Shown here: positions 1-10,187 of the stretch, piece after piece
Layout: each line of letters starts with the position of its first letter
Position numbering within the stretch: the first letter of the stretch is position 1
Position numbers and translations under genes: made by a program
Notes under the pieces: generated by a model
Databases searched by the model: none
What the model was told of the DNA's origin: nothing
Seen by the model: the letters and a program-made list of their open reading frames with translations, nothing else
Source of the DNA: a virus
Direction: 5' to 3' (one strand)
Virus record (IMG/VR): IMGVR_UViG_3300047089_000113
Coordinates: 1 to 64,000 of that record
DNA: 64,000 nt

Positions 1-2772
1 CTCGATGCGCAGCTCCAGCGAGCCCTGGTACTGGAAGGTGCCAGCCTGGACGTTGGCCGTCACCAGCAGCCGGTACAGCGTGTCGGACGTCAGGTTGCCG
101 GGGATGTACTCGCAGATCGGGGTCATATGGTTCAGGTTGGCGTTGGTGCACGCGATGACCGACTGCCGCAGGACAGGCGTTGAGGTGGTCGGCGTGCTGC
201 CATCGGTGGTGGCCCGGAGCTGCATCACGTACTGGGTGGCCGCGTTGGTCGGGATGAAGTCTGTCGGGATGACAGAGAACCGGTAACCCCGCCCGGCGGT
301 GAGCGTCTGGTCCAGCTCCAGGATGGAGGTGTTCCCGGTGCCGACCGGGGTGGACGGCCAGGGACCGCCGGGGGTCCAGCCCCTGGCGACGAGGCCCTGC
401 GCGTAGTTCGGCAGGATGTCACTGATCAGGGAGCCGCCGGGCAGGTTGACGTCCACTGCCGCCGAGAGGGTCTGCCCGGTGATGTTGCCCTGGCTGTCGA
501 TCGAGGCGAGCTGCTGGCCCTGGTACGGGTCGGTGACCCCGAATGCGTTCGTCATGCCGGTCAGGCCGACGAAGTTCATGCCCTGCGGGACCGGGTTGCC
601 TACCGCGTCGATCGTGGCCTGCGGGCTGTTGGAGTAGGCCAGCCCGCCGGGCACGTGCACGCCATCGAGCAGGAACCAGTTGCCCGCCGTGTCGGCCTGC
701 TTCTCCTGCGCGTACACGGTGGCGGACTGCGCCCCGGCCGGGACCGGGATGTTGTAGAGGATGACCGCCTGGAACTGGTTGAACGGGACGGCCCCGAAGG
801 TCCAGAACGTCGCGCCCAGGTTCGCGCCGGTCCCGTTCGGCCCGCCCCACCAGTTGAAGCCGAACTCGAAATTGCCGAGCGCGATGTTGAGCGTGCCGAC
901 CACGAGCCGCACCGCTATCAGCGAGCCGGGCTGGACCGGGAACCCAGGGTACGTCACGCCCCACGGGGTGCCAGCGCCGGACTTGGTGACCTTCAGGCTG
1001 AAGTTGCCCTCATCACCCCACAGGCTGGAGGCGGACACGGTGGAGTTGAGCGGCACGGGGGCGTTGGCCGCGAGGGTCTGCGCCGGGCTGGCCCTGTAGC
1101 CGATGATCACCGCGCACCAGGCCGCGCTGGTGATGGCAGCCGAGGCGGTCAGCGCCGAGCCGGACAGGCTGGGGCCGAAGTACACCGACGTGTACTGCTG
1201 ACCGGCGACCTGGCTCTGCTGGACGAGCTGGAAGCCGTCAACGACGGTGCCAGCTCCCCCGGCGCTGGCCCACGAGGCGATGAGCATCACCGTGTCGCCG
1301 TAGCTGGTAGGCGTGCCGCTTACTGATGGCGCGGCGGACGTGCCGGTGGCCTGCGCGGAGAAGTCCAGCGGGGAGACCGTCAGCAGGCTGGCGGTGTTCA
1401 GCAGGATGAAGTTCTTCTGCTGGGTGTTGGCCGCGCTCATCGTGAAGGTGACCACATCCGGCCCGCCCGCGTTCCCGGTCAGCGTCAGCGCGGCGGTCGC
1501 CCCGGTGGCCTGGAAGACCTGCATGTGCGGCGTGACCGCCGTGCACGACTGGACCAGCGTGTAAGTGTTGCCCTGGGTGTCGGTGACCCCGGTGCAATCG
1601 GTCGCGCCGTTGCACGAGACGATCGCCGTCAGCACGTCCCCGGCGCTGGTCGGGTTGCTGACCGGGTTGGCGTAAGCGCCGAACGAAGTCGCGGCGAACA
1701 GGGCCAGGGCCGGGACCGGCTGGTTGGGCTCGTTGCTGGGTGCCTGCGGGCCGGTCAGGCTGGCGTAGATGAGCTGGGTGCCGCCGGGGCTGATCTGCTG
1801 GAGCAGCGTGCCGGACTGGCTGAACCAGTAGACCGTGCCGTCCGCGCCGATGCGGAAGACCACCACGCCAGCCGCGTTGGTGATCGTGATCGACCCGTCC
1901 GGGTTGATGGAGGTCTTCGGGTTTGTGGTGCTGTTCTGGATCGTGCTGCCGGTCAGTATCGTGCCATCGACAATGCCCGCGAAGATGGTCCCGACCAGGA
2001 TCGTGGCTGCGGTGACCGAGCCGGTCGCCAGCGCGCCGTTCCCCCACTGGTAGGCCGTCCAGGTGGTGCCGTTCCACTGGCTGAGCAGGTTGCCGTTCGC
2101 GGTGTTGAACCACAGGTCGTTGACGGCCGGGGTGACCGGCGCGCTGGTCCCGAAGGTGATGTTGACCCCGCCGCCCGAGACCGTGAAGCCGAGCTGGCTC
2201 TGCTGGATCGAGCCGGGCGGGATGCTGGCCGGGACCGAGACCGGGGTGCCGAGCACCTGGTTAGATACCGGGCCGAGGTTGCCCGCGTTGTTCATCACCA
2301 TGGTGATGACGTAGTAGGTGGCCCCCGGTATCAGGTTGGCGATGCCGAAGGCCCCGGCCCCGACCATATGCCCGGCGAGCGTGGTGGCGTCCGGGGTGAA
2401 GCCGGACACCAGGGAGGCGTGCACCTGGACCGCGTAGAAATCAGCGGTCGGCGGGGTGCCGTCCGCCATCAGCCCGCTCCACAGCACGGTCAGCCCGTTG
2501 ATGGCCGTCTGCACGATCGGGTCGGACGGGGCTTGCAGGGGAACTGCCCCGCCTGTCCCGCTGGCGGCGTAGCTGCCGTCCGGCTGGAGGCCGAGGATCA
2601 GGGTCGGGTTGCCGTTGTCGTCGTTGACGGTGACCGCGCCGCCGTCGATCGAGCTGTTGGCCAGGTTGTAGCTGGCCCGCTGGTTGCGCTCCAGTTGCTG
2701 GATGCGGGCCTGCATCTCGCGGATCTGCGCGCCGAGCTGGGAGACCGCCGGGTCGAGTGTCGGATTCGGCAT
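1..2772 (-). CDS. Large minor tail / receptor-binding protein (>924 aa, runs off the left edge)
   Basis: Not in the ORF track. ATG at 2772 abuts the stop of the previous gene. Hand translation MPNPTLDPAVSQLGAQIREMQARIQQLERNQRASYNL... stays open to position 1. N-terminal coiled coil, FN3-like segment and Thr/Gly-rich beta domains; last gene of the tail module. Confidence 0.75.
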   Translation of the reverse strand, partial: MPNPTLDPAVSQLGAQIREMQARIQQLERNQRASYNLANSSIDGGAVTVNDDNGNPTLILGLQPDGSYAASGTGGAVPLQAPSDPIVQTAINGLTVLWSGLMADGTPPTADFYAVQVHASLVSGFTPDATTLAGHMVGAGAFGIANLIPGATYYVITMVMNNAGNLGPVSNQVLGTPVSVPASIPPGSIQQSQLGFTVSGGGVNITFGTSAPVTPAVNDLWFNTANGNLLSQWNGTTWTAYQWGNGALATGSVTAATILVGTIFAGIVDGTILTGSTIQNSTTNPKTSINPDGSITITNAAGVVVFRIGADGTVYWFSQSGTLLQQISPGGTQLIYASLTGPQAPSNEPNQPVPALALFAATSFGAYANPVSNPTSAGDVLTAIVSCNGATDCTGVTDTQGNTYTLVQSCTAVTPHMQVFQATGATAALTLTGNAGGPDVVTFTMSAANTQQKNFILLNTASLLTVSPLDFSAQATGTSAAPSVSGTPTSYGDTVMLIASWASAGGAGTVVDGFQLVQQSQVAGQQYTSVYFGPSLSGSALTASAAITSAAWCAVIIGYRASPAQTLAANAPVPLNSTVSASSLWGDEGNFSLKVTKSGAGTPWGVTYPGFPVQPGSLIAVRLVVGTLNIALGNFEFGFNWWGGPNGTGANLGATFWTFGAVPFNQFQAVILYNIPVPAGAQSATVYAQEKQADTAGNWFLLDGVHVPGGLAYSNSPQATIDAVGNPVPQGMNFVGLTGMTNAFGVTDPYQGQQLASIDSQGNITGQTLSAAVDVNLPGGSLISDILPNYAQGLVARGWTPGGPWPSTPVGTGNTSILELDQTLTAGRGYRFSVIPTDFIPTNAATQYVMQLRATTDGSTPTTSTPVLRQSVIACTNANLNHMTPICEYIPGNLTSDTLYRLLVTANVQAGTFQYQGSLELRIE

Positions 2773-4587
2773 CTACATCGTCCCCGCCTGCCCGGTCTCG
2801 GCCTGGTACGTGAACGAGTCCGACCTGGCCAGCGCGAGCGTCATCAGGTCGGTGGTCGGGTCCTGGGTCATCGAGACGATCCGGCTCCAGATCACCGTGT
2901 TCCGCCAGCCGCTGGCCAGCATCACCGGGATGTCATCGCCCGGCCCGAAGCTCCCCCACGGCGCGTTGCGGTGGTTCTTGACCACGATCGAGGTCACCGA
3001 GTCGATATTCTGCATCGCGGTGAGCACCTTGGTCGCCTTGGTCGCCAGCCGCACCTTGCTGTACACCGTCTGGTCGGTGTAGACGTAGCTGCGGCGCAGC
3101 CGCCCGGTGTTCAGGTTGGCCGCCTGGGTGCGAATCTGGGCCGAGCCCGAGCCCGCGCCGAGCGCGATGACGTCGTTGGCGTACCTGGCCCCGTCGCGGG
3201 TCACGGTGGCCGCCTGGATGATGTTCTCGCCTTCCGCGAACCGCAGGCCGGTCAGCCGCCCGCCGAGCCGGGGCACGCCGAACAGCACCTGGTGCCGGAT
3301 GGTGCTCTTGGTCTTGTCCGGCCAGTAGTGCCGCTCGCGCCAGTCGAAGATCGCTTCCTGCTGGATGGACGTGATCTCGCTGCCGCAGTCGGTGCTGTTG
3401 TACCAGAGCATCTGCCAGGGCGTGATGGTGCGCACCTGGGTCACCTTCGTGCCCTTGGCGTATGCCTTGCGCAGGTTCGACTTCAGCGTGACGTTGCCGC
3501 TGGGCAGGCCCGACGTCGCGGTCAGGATCTGGTCGATGAGATAGGCATCGCTGCCGATGGTGATCGTCTCGCCGCTGGCGAAGGCGGTGGAGTCGAGCAG
3601 CCAGATGTGGTTGTCCCCGGACTTCCCGGCCACCGAGACCGTGGTGTGGACCGGCGAGGTCTGGAACACCGGGTCACCGATGTTGTGCGTCTCGGCCAAC
3701 GGCGTGGTCAGGTAGACCTGGCCGCTCGGCTTGCCGCTCTTGGCGTCGGCCACCACCGTCTTGAAGGTGTACGGGTACCCGGCGATGGAGACGTTCTCGC
3801 CTCCGGTGAAGGCCCCGGCGTCACCGAGCCAGATCACGGTGTCCCCGGTGTTGGCCTTGCGGGCGATGGAGGTCTGCGCGCCTGCCGGGACCTGCGCGCC
3901 GAGCAGCACCCCGGACTTCTGCGTGCCCAGCTCCAGGCCGACGTTGCCGCCCGGCTGGGACTGTATCCAGCCCCAGATCAGCCGCACCGCGTCCAGGGCG
4001 TCGATGTTGGTCCGGGTGACGTTCGGCCCCTCGTACACGATGCCGTTGGCGTACCCGGCGAAGCCGGTGGCGGTGATGGCCCAGGCTGGCCCGGTCATGT
4101 TCGAGCTGGTGACGATGCCGCCGAACTTGACCTCATCGGCTTCCTCAAGGTAGATCGCGTCCCGCCACTCCAGCAGCAGCGCGTTCCCGCTGCTGTCCAT
4201 CATGTCCGGCCTCGGCGGGGCCAGGGAGCAGGAGAAGGTGTCGGCGGCGTTCAGCGCCCAGGTGATCGACGGGCTGCCCACGGCCTGCACGTCGCGGTGC
4301 AGCCAGGTCCCGGTGAGCAGGTTCTGGACATGCATCCGGGGCATCTGGCTGCGGATGAAGGCCGGGCTGGCGGGCCGGATCGCGGTGCCGGGCACCTGCG
4401 CGGGTGCCGCGCCGATCCTGACGCTGATGGCATCGACCGCGCCCGCCGCCTCGGGCAGCGCTGGCGAGACCGAGATGGTGATCGCAAGGTCTTCCTCGGC
4501 AGCCCCGGTATCGGTCACGGGCACGGCGGTAGTGACGGTGACCTTATCGGTTGCGCCCGCCTTGTCCGGGAGCTGCGGCGTGGTCAA
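2773..4587 (-). CDS. Minor tail protein (baseplate hub/Tal-like, actinophage Gp37-like)
   Basis: 604 aa downstream of TMP/Dit. Motifs FGGIV, YANDVIALGAG and FGPGDDIPV resemble actinophage minor tail proteins. Confidence 0.7.
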   Translation of the reverse strand: MTTPQLPDKAGATDKVTVTTAVPVTDTGAAEEDLAITISVSPALPEAAGAVDAISVRIGAAPAQVPGTAIRPASPAFIRSQMPRMHVQNLLTGTWLHRDVQAVGSPSITWALNAADTFSCSLAPPRPDMMDSSGNALLLEWRDAIYLEEADEVKFGGIVTSSNMTGPAWAITATGFAGYANGIVYEGPNVTRTNIDALDAVRLIWGWIQSQPGGNVGLELGTQKSGVLLGAQVPAGAQTSIARKANTGDTVIWLGDAGAFTGGENVSIAGYPYTFKTVVADAKSGKPSGQVYLTTPLAETHNIGDPVFQTSPVHTTVSVAGKSGDNHIWLLDSTAFASGETITIGSDAYLIDQILTATSGLPSGNVTLKSNLRKAYAKGTKVTQVRTITPWQMLWYNSTDCGSEITSIQQEAIFDWRERHYWPDKTKSTIRHQVLFGVPRLGGRLTGLRFAEGENIIQAATVTRDGARYANDVIALGAGSGSAQIRTQAANLNTGRLRRSYVYTDQTVYSKVRLATKATKVLTAMQNIDSVTSIVVKNHRNAPWGSFGPGDDIPVMLASGWRNTVIWSRIVSMTQDPTTDLMTLALARSDSFTYQAETGQAGTM

Positions 4588-4588
4588 G

Positions 4589-7500
4589 TCAGTACACCGT
4601 CAGCACGCCGACGAACTTCCTCGGTGCCTCGGGCGTGCCCTGCACCTGGCCCCAGACGTCGTACTGGCCCCTGGCCAGCACCGGCCCGGATGTGCCCGGC
4701 CCGACGATGCACTGCTCGACGTAGCCCTTCCCCGTGCCGCCGATCAGCCAGGCCCCGGTGTACCAGGTGCTTGCTGCTGCCGGGTGAGCGATGTCGCCCG
4801 AGCTGACCGACAGCGCGTACTGGCAGGTCAGCGGCGTGATAGTCGGGTCGATGCTAGTCCCGTCCAGGTCCGAGGTCCACCGGATGTTGACGTACTCCGG
4901 GCTGGTCGATGAGATCGGGCTGAATGTCTGCAACGTGGCCTCCCACCTGGCTTGCTCAGGCTCTGTGTCCCATCGTGCCTGACCGGGCTCCGCGTTCCAA
5001 CGCGCGCTGCCGGTACTGGCCTCCCAGCGCTGGCGCTCCAGCACGGCGAGCCACCGGGCGGGCTCCCCGTACGCCGCCCAGGCGACCGTGCCGGTGCGCG
5101 CCTCGGAGCTGACGGCCTCGATCCGGTCGGCGGCGCTGGCGGCCTCTGTGAGCGCCACAGCCGCCGTGAGGGTGATGACATCGGCTGCCGCCGCGCGCTC
5201 GGTCAGCGGCACGCTCACGACCACGGACAGGGCGTCTCGCGCCGCTGCGAAGTCGGCCTGCGCGACCGCCTGCCCCACGGTCACGCTCAGCGTATCGACC
5301 GCGCCCGCCTGATCGGCTACGCTGAGCCCGGCGATCACGCCCAGCGAGTCAGCCGCCCCGCCTCTGTCGGTTTGCGGGGATGTAGCGCTGACCGCGAGCG
5401 CGTCAGCCGCTGCCGCCGCGTCGGCTGGCTGCGCCGTGACCGCCGCCGTGAGCTGGTCGGCTGCGCCCGCTGCGTCGGCCAGGCTCACGGCCTGCCCGCC
5501 GACCGTCACGCTGATCGCGTCAGTGGCCCCGGCTGCCTCGGCTAGGCTCGTGCTGGCGGTTACGGCTAGCTGCTCCGAAGCACCCGCCGTGTCGGCAACA
5601 GCACCCGCTGCCGTGACCGCTACCGCGTCCCTGGCCCCGGCCGCGTCCGCGAACGAGACCGGCTGGCCGACCGTGACCGAGATGGCGTCGGCTGCGGCTG
5701 CGGCGTCGGTCAGCGGGACCGCCGAGCTGACGGAAACCGCCTCGGCTGCACCGGCCGCATCGGAGGTCGATGTCGATACGGCGACGGTTACGGACTCAGC
5801 CGAGGCGGCTGCCTCAGCGTAGCTGAGCCCGATCGCCTGGGACTCGATCGCGCCAGCCGCGTCGGCCAGGGGTAGCGTGACCGTGACGGCCAGGGCATCG
5901 GTCGCCCCCGCCGCGTCTGCCTGGCGGGTGCCTATCACCTGGGATTCGGTCGCGCCCGCCACATCGGGCAGGTTCACGGTTGCGGCGATGGTCAGCGCGT
6001 CCGATGCCCCGGCCGTCTCAGCTAGCGGCGCTGAGACGGCCACAGACAGCGCGTCTACCGCGCCTGCGGCATCGGCCGCCAGTACCGCCGCCGTGACGCT
6101 GACGGCTTCGGTGGCCCCGGCTGCGTCGGCCTGCGCGATGGCAGAGCTGATGACCACGGAGATCGCGTCGGCGGCCCCGGCGGCATCAGCCAGCGGGATC
6201 GTGGCGTTTACTGCTTCCTGGTCCGCTGCGGCTGCCACTTCCGGGAGCGCTACAACAGCGCTCACCGCTACCTGATCCGCCGCTGCGCCCTGCTCGGCCA
6301 GCGGGACCGTGACGCTCACCGCGAGCGCATCTGTGGCTGCCGCGACGTCGGCCGCCGGAACAGCAGCGCTCACTGCTACCTGATCGGCAGCGGCGGCGGT
6401 GTCGGCCACCGGGACGGCTGCGGAAACGACGCTGGCCTCAGCCGCGCCAGCCGCGTCGGCCAGCCCTACGGCTACAGGCCCGGCCCCGCCGGGAACGACG
6501 GCGGTCCAGATGGCGGCAACACCGTTGATCGTGGTGCCGGACTGCTCGACCTGCTTGGTCCAGGTCAGCCCGCCCGTGTCAGTGACTGTCGTGGTCTGCG
6601 AGGCTGACGTGCCCAGGCCCTCGGCGTAGACCAGGGCAACTAGCAGCGCGCCGGGCGGCGGGGTGAAGATCGGGCTGATGGCAGGCCCGGCGGTCGTGAC
6701 GCCCGCGTAGGCAGGCGTAGACCCGTCGATCACCAGGCCCGTCCCCGCCAGCACTTCCATCGCGGCTATCGCGCCGCGCAAGTTGGTGGCGGTCTCGCCC
6801 ACTGTTATCGCGCCCGGCGTGCCCGTCGCTGCCGTGGTGCGCATGGCCCAGTCATCGCAGCCGTTGGTGGAGTCCAGGAACGACCCGATGTTCGTACAGC
6901 CCGCGATGGCCGTGGGCGGGGAGCCAGCCGAGTTGTTGTGACCGCCCGTGACGAACACGAGCGAGCCGGTCACGGTCGTGGTGATGCCGACCTGTATCAG
7001 GCTGCCGGTCGGCAGGGCAGCCGACGCGATGTTGCCCAGGAAGCTGGCAGCCTGCCCGGTGACTACCGCAACCTGGATGCCAGCACCGGCTGTGCTCGCG
7101 GCAATCGCTGCTGACACCCTGGTGCTGAACACAGGGATCGGGTCAGGCTGGGCGGTGACCTTCCGCAGCGCCATCGGGGAGCGACGGCCAGGCGGCCTTC
7201 GCACCGGGTACGACTCGGCTGGCGCGGCAACGGCAGGCGGCAGCACCTCGACGGCGACGATGCCCCACTCATCGGAAATCGTGTTCGTCCAGGTCAGCGT
7301 CTGGTTCGCACCGCCGCCCGTGCTAGGCGCGGTGCCCCCGCCGATGTTGTCCGAGCCCGAGCTGGAGCCGGTGTCGTGCGTGACCCGGACAGTCCCGCCG
7401 GTCAGCCCCCAGGTCCCGCCGTTAGCCCCGTGGCACGCGAACGTGACGATCAGGCCGCCGGTCGTGGTGCCGTTGACCGTGACGGCCTGGGAGGTCGTCC

Positions 7501-7870
7501 CGGCACCGCCGCTGTTCGCGGTGAACAGGGTGCCGAACGAGCCCGAGGCCGAGAAGCTGACCGAGCCCGCGTTGTGGTTGTTCGTATCCGACGCGGTGAC
7601 CGAGACCGTGTTGCTCCCGGTCGGGCAGGTAGGCCCGGCCAGTCCCCAGTATGAGATGCCGCCCGCTGCGGCCCCGGTGTTCGTGAAGCCGATCTTGCTC
7701 AGCGAGACCCCGCCATACGTGGCAGCGGTCACCGTATCGGTAGAGCCAGTGAAAACCGTGCAGGCGACGAGAATCCCGTTGCCGGTGTTGACGTGCGTCC
7801 AGGTACCCGGCCCGGTCGTGAACGCGGTCCCGGCACCGCCAGCGGGGCCTACGGCGTCAAAGGCGACCAC
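4589..7870 (-). CDS. Repeat-rich tail fibre/appendage protein (1093 aa)
   Basis: Two N-terminal Thr/Gly beta domains, a long tract of ~18-19 aa ADAAGAADAVSV repeats, 9-aa ARW repeats, and a C-terminal ~110 aa BppU-like domain. Confidence 0.65.
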   Translation of the reverse strand: MVAFDAVGPAGGAGTAFTTGPGTWTHVNTGNGILVACTVFTGSTDTVTAATYGGVSLSKIGFTNTGAAAGGISYWGLAGPTCPTGSNTVSVTASDTNNHNAGSVSFSASGSFGTLFTANSGGAGTTSQAVTVNGTTTGGLIVTFACHGANGGTWGLTGGTVRVTHDTGSSSGSDNIGGGTAPSTGGGANQTLTWTNTISDEWGIVAVEVLPPAVAAPAESYPVRRPPGRRSPMALRKVTAQPDPIPVFSTRVSAAIAASTAGAGIQVAVVTGQAASFLGNIASAALPTGSLIQVGITTTVTGSLVFVTGGHNNSAGSPPTAIAGCTNIGSFLDSTNGCDDWAMRTTAATGTPGAITVGETATNLRGAIAAMEVLAGTGLVIDGSTPAYAGVTTAGPAISPIFTPPPGALLVALVYAEGLGTSASQTTTVTDTGGLTWTKQVEQSGTTINGVAAIWTAVVPGGAGPVAVGLADAAGAAEASVVSAAVPVADTAAAADQVAVSAAVPAADVAAATDALAVSVTVPLAEQGAAADQVAVSAVVALPEVAAAADQEAVNATIPLADAAGAADAISVVISSAIAQADAAGATEAVSVTAAVLAADAAGAVDALSVAVSAPLAETAGASDALTIAATVNLPDVAGATESQVIGTRQADAAGATDALAVTVTLPLADAAGAIESQAIGLSYAEAAASAESVTVAVSTSTSDAAGAAEAVSVSSAVPLTDAAAAADAISVTVGQPVSFADAAGARDAVAVTAAGAVADTAGASEQLAVTASTSLAEAAGATDAISVTVGGQAVSLADAAGAADQLTAAVTAQPADAAAAADALAVSATSPQTDRGGAADSLGVIAGLSVADQAGAVDTLSVTVGQAVAQADFAAARDALSVVVSVPLTERAAAADVITLTAAVALTEAASAADRIEAVSSEARTGTVAWAAYGEPARWLAVLERQRWEASTGSARWNAEPGQARWDTEPEQARWEATLQTFSPISSTSPEYVNIRWTSDLDGTSIDPTITPLTCQYALSVSSGDIAHPAAASTWYTGAWLIGGTGKGYVEQCIVGPGTSGPVLARGQYDVWGQVQGTPEAPRKFVGVLTVY
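5100..6470 (-). repeat. Degenerate coding tandem repeat (~18-19 aa unit, roughly 25 copies)
   Basis: Recurring (L/A)(A/P)(D/E)xAGA(A/T)(D/E)x(V/L/I)(S/A)V units in the translation. Confidence 0.85.
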
Positions 7871-7902
7871 CGGGTCTCACCCCCTCACGGGCGGCAAGGC
7901 CC

Positions 7903-8502
7903 CTAGTTCATGGTCTCCAGGAACCACTGCGTGCACTGGATCGTGGCGTTGGCCCCGGCCAGTGTTGCCCGCAGCGCGATGCCCTGGGTGCGCGTCGTGT
8001 TGACCGCCGCATTGGTCTCACCGGATACGCTCGGCATTCCCACGATGATGCCGCTGGCCGTGACCATGGTCGGGGTAGCCGTGGTGGCGATCTTCATCAG
8101 GCCCTGCGTGGCTATCGTGTTACCCGCGTTGGCGACGGCGGTGCACCGTGCCGTGAACCACAGCTCCCACGGCAGCCCGGTGAGCGCGCCGGTACCGGTG
8201 GCGATGCCCGCCGTGGTGGCGAGCGTCACGTAGGTGGTGCCGGTGTTGTCGATGTTGGTGCCGATGAACCAGGTGGCGGTGGTGGATGTACCGGTGGTGG
8301 TGATGAAGCCCCTGGCGTGACCCCGGATGTTCTTGCCGACTGACCAGTCCGAGCCGTTGACGAACTTGTTGTAGTCCGCCGTGAGGCCGGTCGGCGTCGG
8401 GCTGATCGTCGCGGTGGCAGCCGTGCTCAGCGCGGTGCCCGCGCCAGTCCACGCAGGCTGATCGCCCTGCGGGAAAAGAGCTACCCAGTCCTGCTCAGCC
8501 AT
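7903..8502 (-). CDS. Putative virion structural protein
   Basis: 199 aa, Thr/Gly-rich beta protein in the tail module, coupled to the upstream gene. Confidence 0.6.
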   Translation of the reverse strand: MAEQDWVALFPQGDQPAWTGAGTALSTAATATISPTPTGLTADYNKFVNGSDWSVGKNIRGHARGFITTTGTSTTATWFIGTNIDNTGTTYVTLATTAGIATGTGALTGLPWELWFTARCTAVANAGNTIATQGLMKIATTATPTMVTASGIIVGMPSVSGETNAAVNTTRTQGIALRATLAGANATIQCTQWFLETMN

Positions 8503-9212
8503 TAGCTGACCGTGCCAGCCCCGGACGGGAAGCCGAAGCTGATCGTCTCGGTGGCGGTCCAGGTCTGACCGCCTGCCTTGGTGCCCTGCGCGGACACGCC
8601 CCGGTTGAAGAAGATATCGGAGGCACCCAGGCCGGTGGAGGTGACGCCCGAGACGTTCCAGTTGTCAGAACCGAACTCGTTCCACGCGAAGTTCGCGTTG
8701 GCACCCCCGAACGCTGCGACCAGCACCAGGGTGGGCGGCGATGAGCCGGTCGAGATCGTCGGTGCACCGGACACGAGCTGGAAGTAGCTGGTGACCGAGG
8801 CACCGCCCGTGTCCCCGACCAGCGTCGTGTTGGCGTAGGCCGCCGCCGTCGCGCTCGTGCCGACGCCGATCCGGCCCTGCGTGGCGCTGAACTTGTTGGT
8901 GATCGAGGTGCCCGCGATGCCGCCGAGCAGCGCCACCCAGCCAGCCTGGACCACCAGGTTGCAGTCGTCTTCCTGGGTCTCGGAGTAGGGCGCGATGCCG
9001 ACGCTGGCGAACTCATCGGGGGTGATGCCGCGCCAGTCCAGCGGCGGCAGCCAGTCCCCGTAGCCGATCCTGGCCATCGCCCAGTCGGTCATCTCCGCGT
9101 CGTATCGTTTCACGTTGAACGACGTGCTGATCTTGCCTGCGAAGTCGGCCAGGCCGAGGTCCACGCCGACGCTCAGCCGCTCGGAACCTGCTGCGAAATC
9201 GGGGTGTGTCAT
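8502..9212 (-). CDS. Putative tail-associated structural protein
   Basis: 236 aa with RIGVG, ANFAWNEFG and GTKAGGQTW motifs, resembling collar/fibre-anchoring proteins. GGAGAG RBS upstream. Confidence 0.6.
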   Translation of the reverse strand: MTHPDFAAGSERLSVGVDLGLADFAGKISTSFNVKRYDAEMTDWAMARIGYGDWLPPLDWRGITPDEFASVGIAPYSETQEDDCNLVVQAGWVALLGGIAGTSITNKFSATQGRIGVGTSATAAAYANTTLVGDTGGASVTSYFQLVSGAPTISTGSSPPTLVLVAAFGGANANFAWNEFGSDNWNVSGVTSTGLGASDIFFNRGVSAQGTKAGGQTWTATETISFGFPSGAGTVS

Positions 9213-9221
9213 TCTCTCTCC

Positions 9222-10187
9222 TTACGCCAGTGCAGCGAGCTGCTGGAACTCATAGATGATGGACGTCGAGCTGCCTTCGTCTACGGACAGGATGCCGGTC
9301 TGCGTGCCGTCCGTGACCTGCTTGAATTGCAGCGTCTGGGTGGTGTTGCGCAGGCTGGCCGGGATAGAGACGGAGAAGCCCCCGCTGATGCTGTGCCGAT
9401 ACGGCCCGGTGGCAGTCGGGATGGAGACCAGGGTCTGCGGCATGGCCAGGTTGGGCGCGGCGACCGAGGTGCCGAAGAACGGGTTGACGTAGCCGCGTGC
9501 CCAGCCGGACTGCCACAGCGCGTCGTTGATCTGCCAGTTGACCTGCATGATCGTGGCCCAGGACGGGATATAGACCTGCCAGTTGGAGGCGGGGGGCCAG
9601 ATCACGCCAGCCGTGCCCACGGTCCAGTTCCTTACCACGGTCTCCTGCGCGCCGATCACCTGGAGCACCCGCTGCGGCTGCGTCACGAAGCGCAGATCCT
9701 TGATGTACGCCTGCTGGACCGTCGAGCTGCTGGCTGGCATGTCGATCCGAGCCAGCGGGATGCCGGACTGGCCGCCGGGCATGGTGGTGGCGGTCGGGGA
9801 CACCCCGGAGATCACGCGGGGGAAGATGATCTGGCCGCTGGCCGGGTTGCCCCAGGGGCTGCCGCTCCAGGTCGGGTCCTCGGCCCGTGCCACGATCAGG
9901 TCCGAGCGGATAGTGCCGGTGGTGGCCGCGATGGTCAGCGACGTGTCGTTGCCGACGTTGTACCCGTAGTAGCTGCCCTGGTAGGGCGTCTCGACGCCGA
10001 GGATCACGCAGGCCCCGCCCGCGATCACGATGCCCGCCGTGGCCGTGGGCGTGGTCGCGGTGACCGCCAGGTCGAGATGGCCGATGATGCCCTGCGCGCC
10101 CGCCGTGGAGGACTGGAGCATCAGCCGCAGGAAGTTGCCGGACTCGGTGTTGCCATCGACCGCGTAGACCGCGTTCTGGAAGGTCAT
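9222..10187 (-). CDS. Minor tail protein
   Basis: Start moved to MTFQNAVYAVDG, which overlaps the Dit stop. RSDLIVAR..DP and IPLARIDMPAS motifs are typical of actinophage minor tail proteins. Confidence 0.7.
   Translation of the reverse strand: MTFQNAVYAVDGNTESGNFLRLMLQSSTAGAQGIIGHLDLAVTATTPTATAGIVIAGGACVILGVETPYQGSYYGYNVGNDTSLTIAATTGTIRSDLIVARAEDPTWSGSPWGNPASGQIIFPRVISGVSPTATTMPGGQSGIPLARIDMPASSSTVQQAYIKDLRFVTQPQRVLQVIGAQETVVRNWTVGTAGVIWPPASNWQVYIPSWATIMQVNWQINDALWQSGWARGYVNPFFGTSVAAPNLAMPQTLVSIPTATGPYRHSISGGFSVSIPASLRNTTQTLQFKQVTDGTQTGILSVDEGSSTSIIYEFQQLAALA

Noticed and set aside
1525-4806. 1093-aa plus-strand ORF and the many other long Arg/Gly/His-rich ORFs (e.g. 12801-14264, 32805-34187, 36180-37898)
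   Set aside because: These are antisense or shadow frames of real minus-strand genes. Long stop-free frames are expected at this GC content, and they have no recognisable motifs.
5100-6470. CRISPR array or DGR template/variable repeat
   Set aside because: The repeats are degenerate, in-frame protein repeats with no spacers. No cas or reverse transcriptase gene is in the window.
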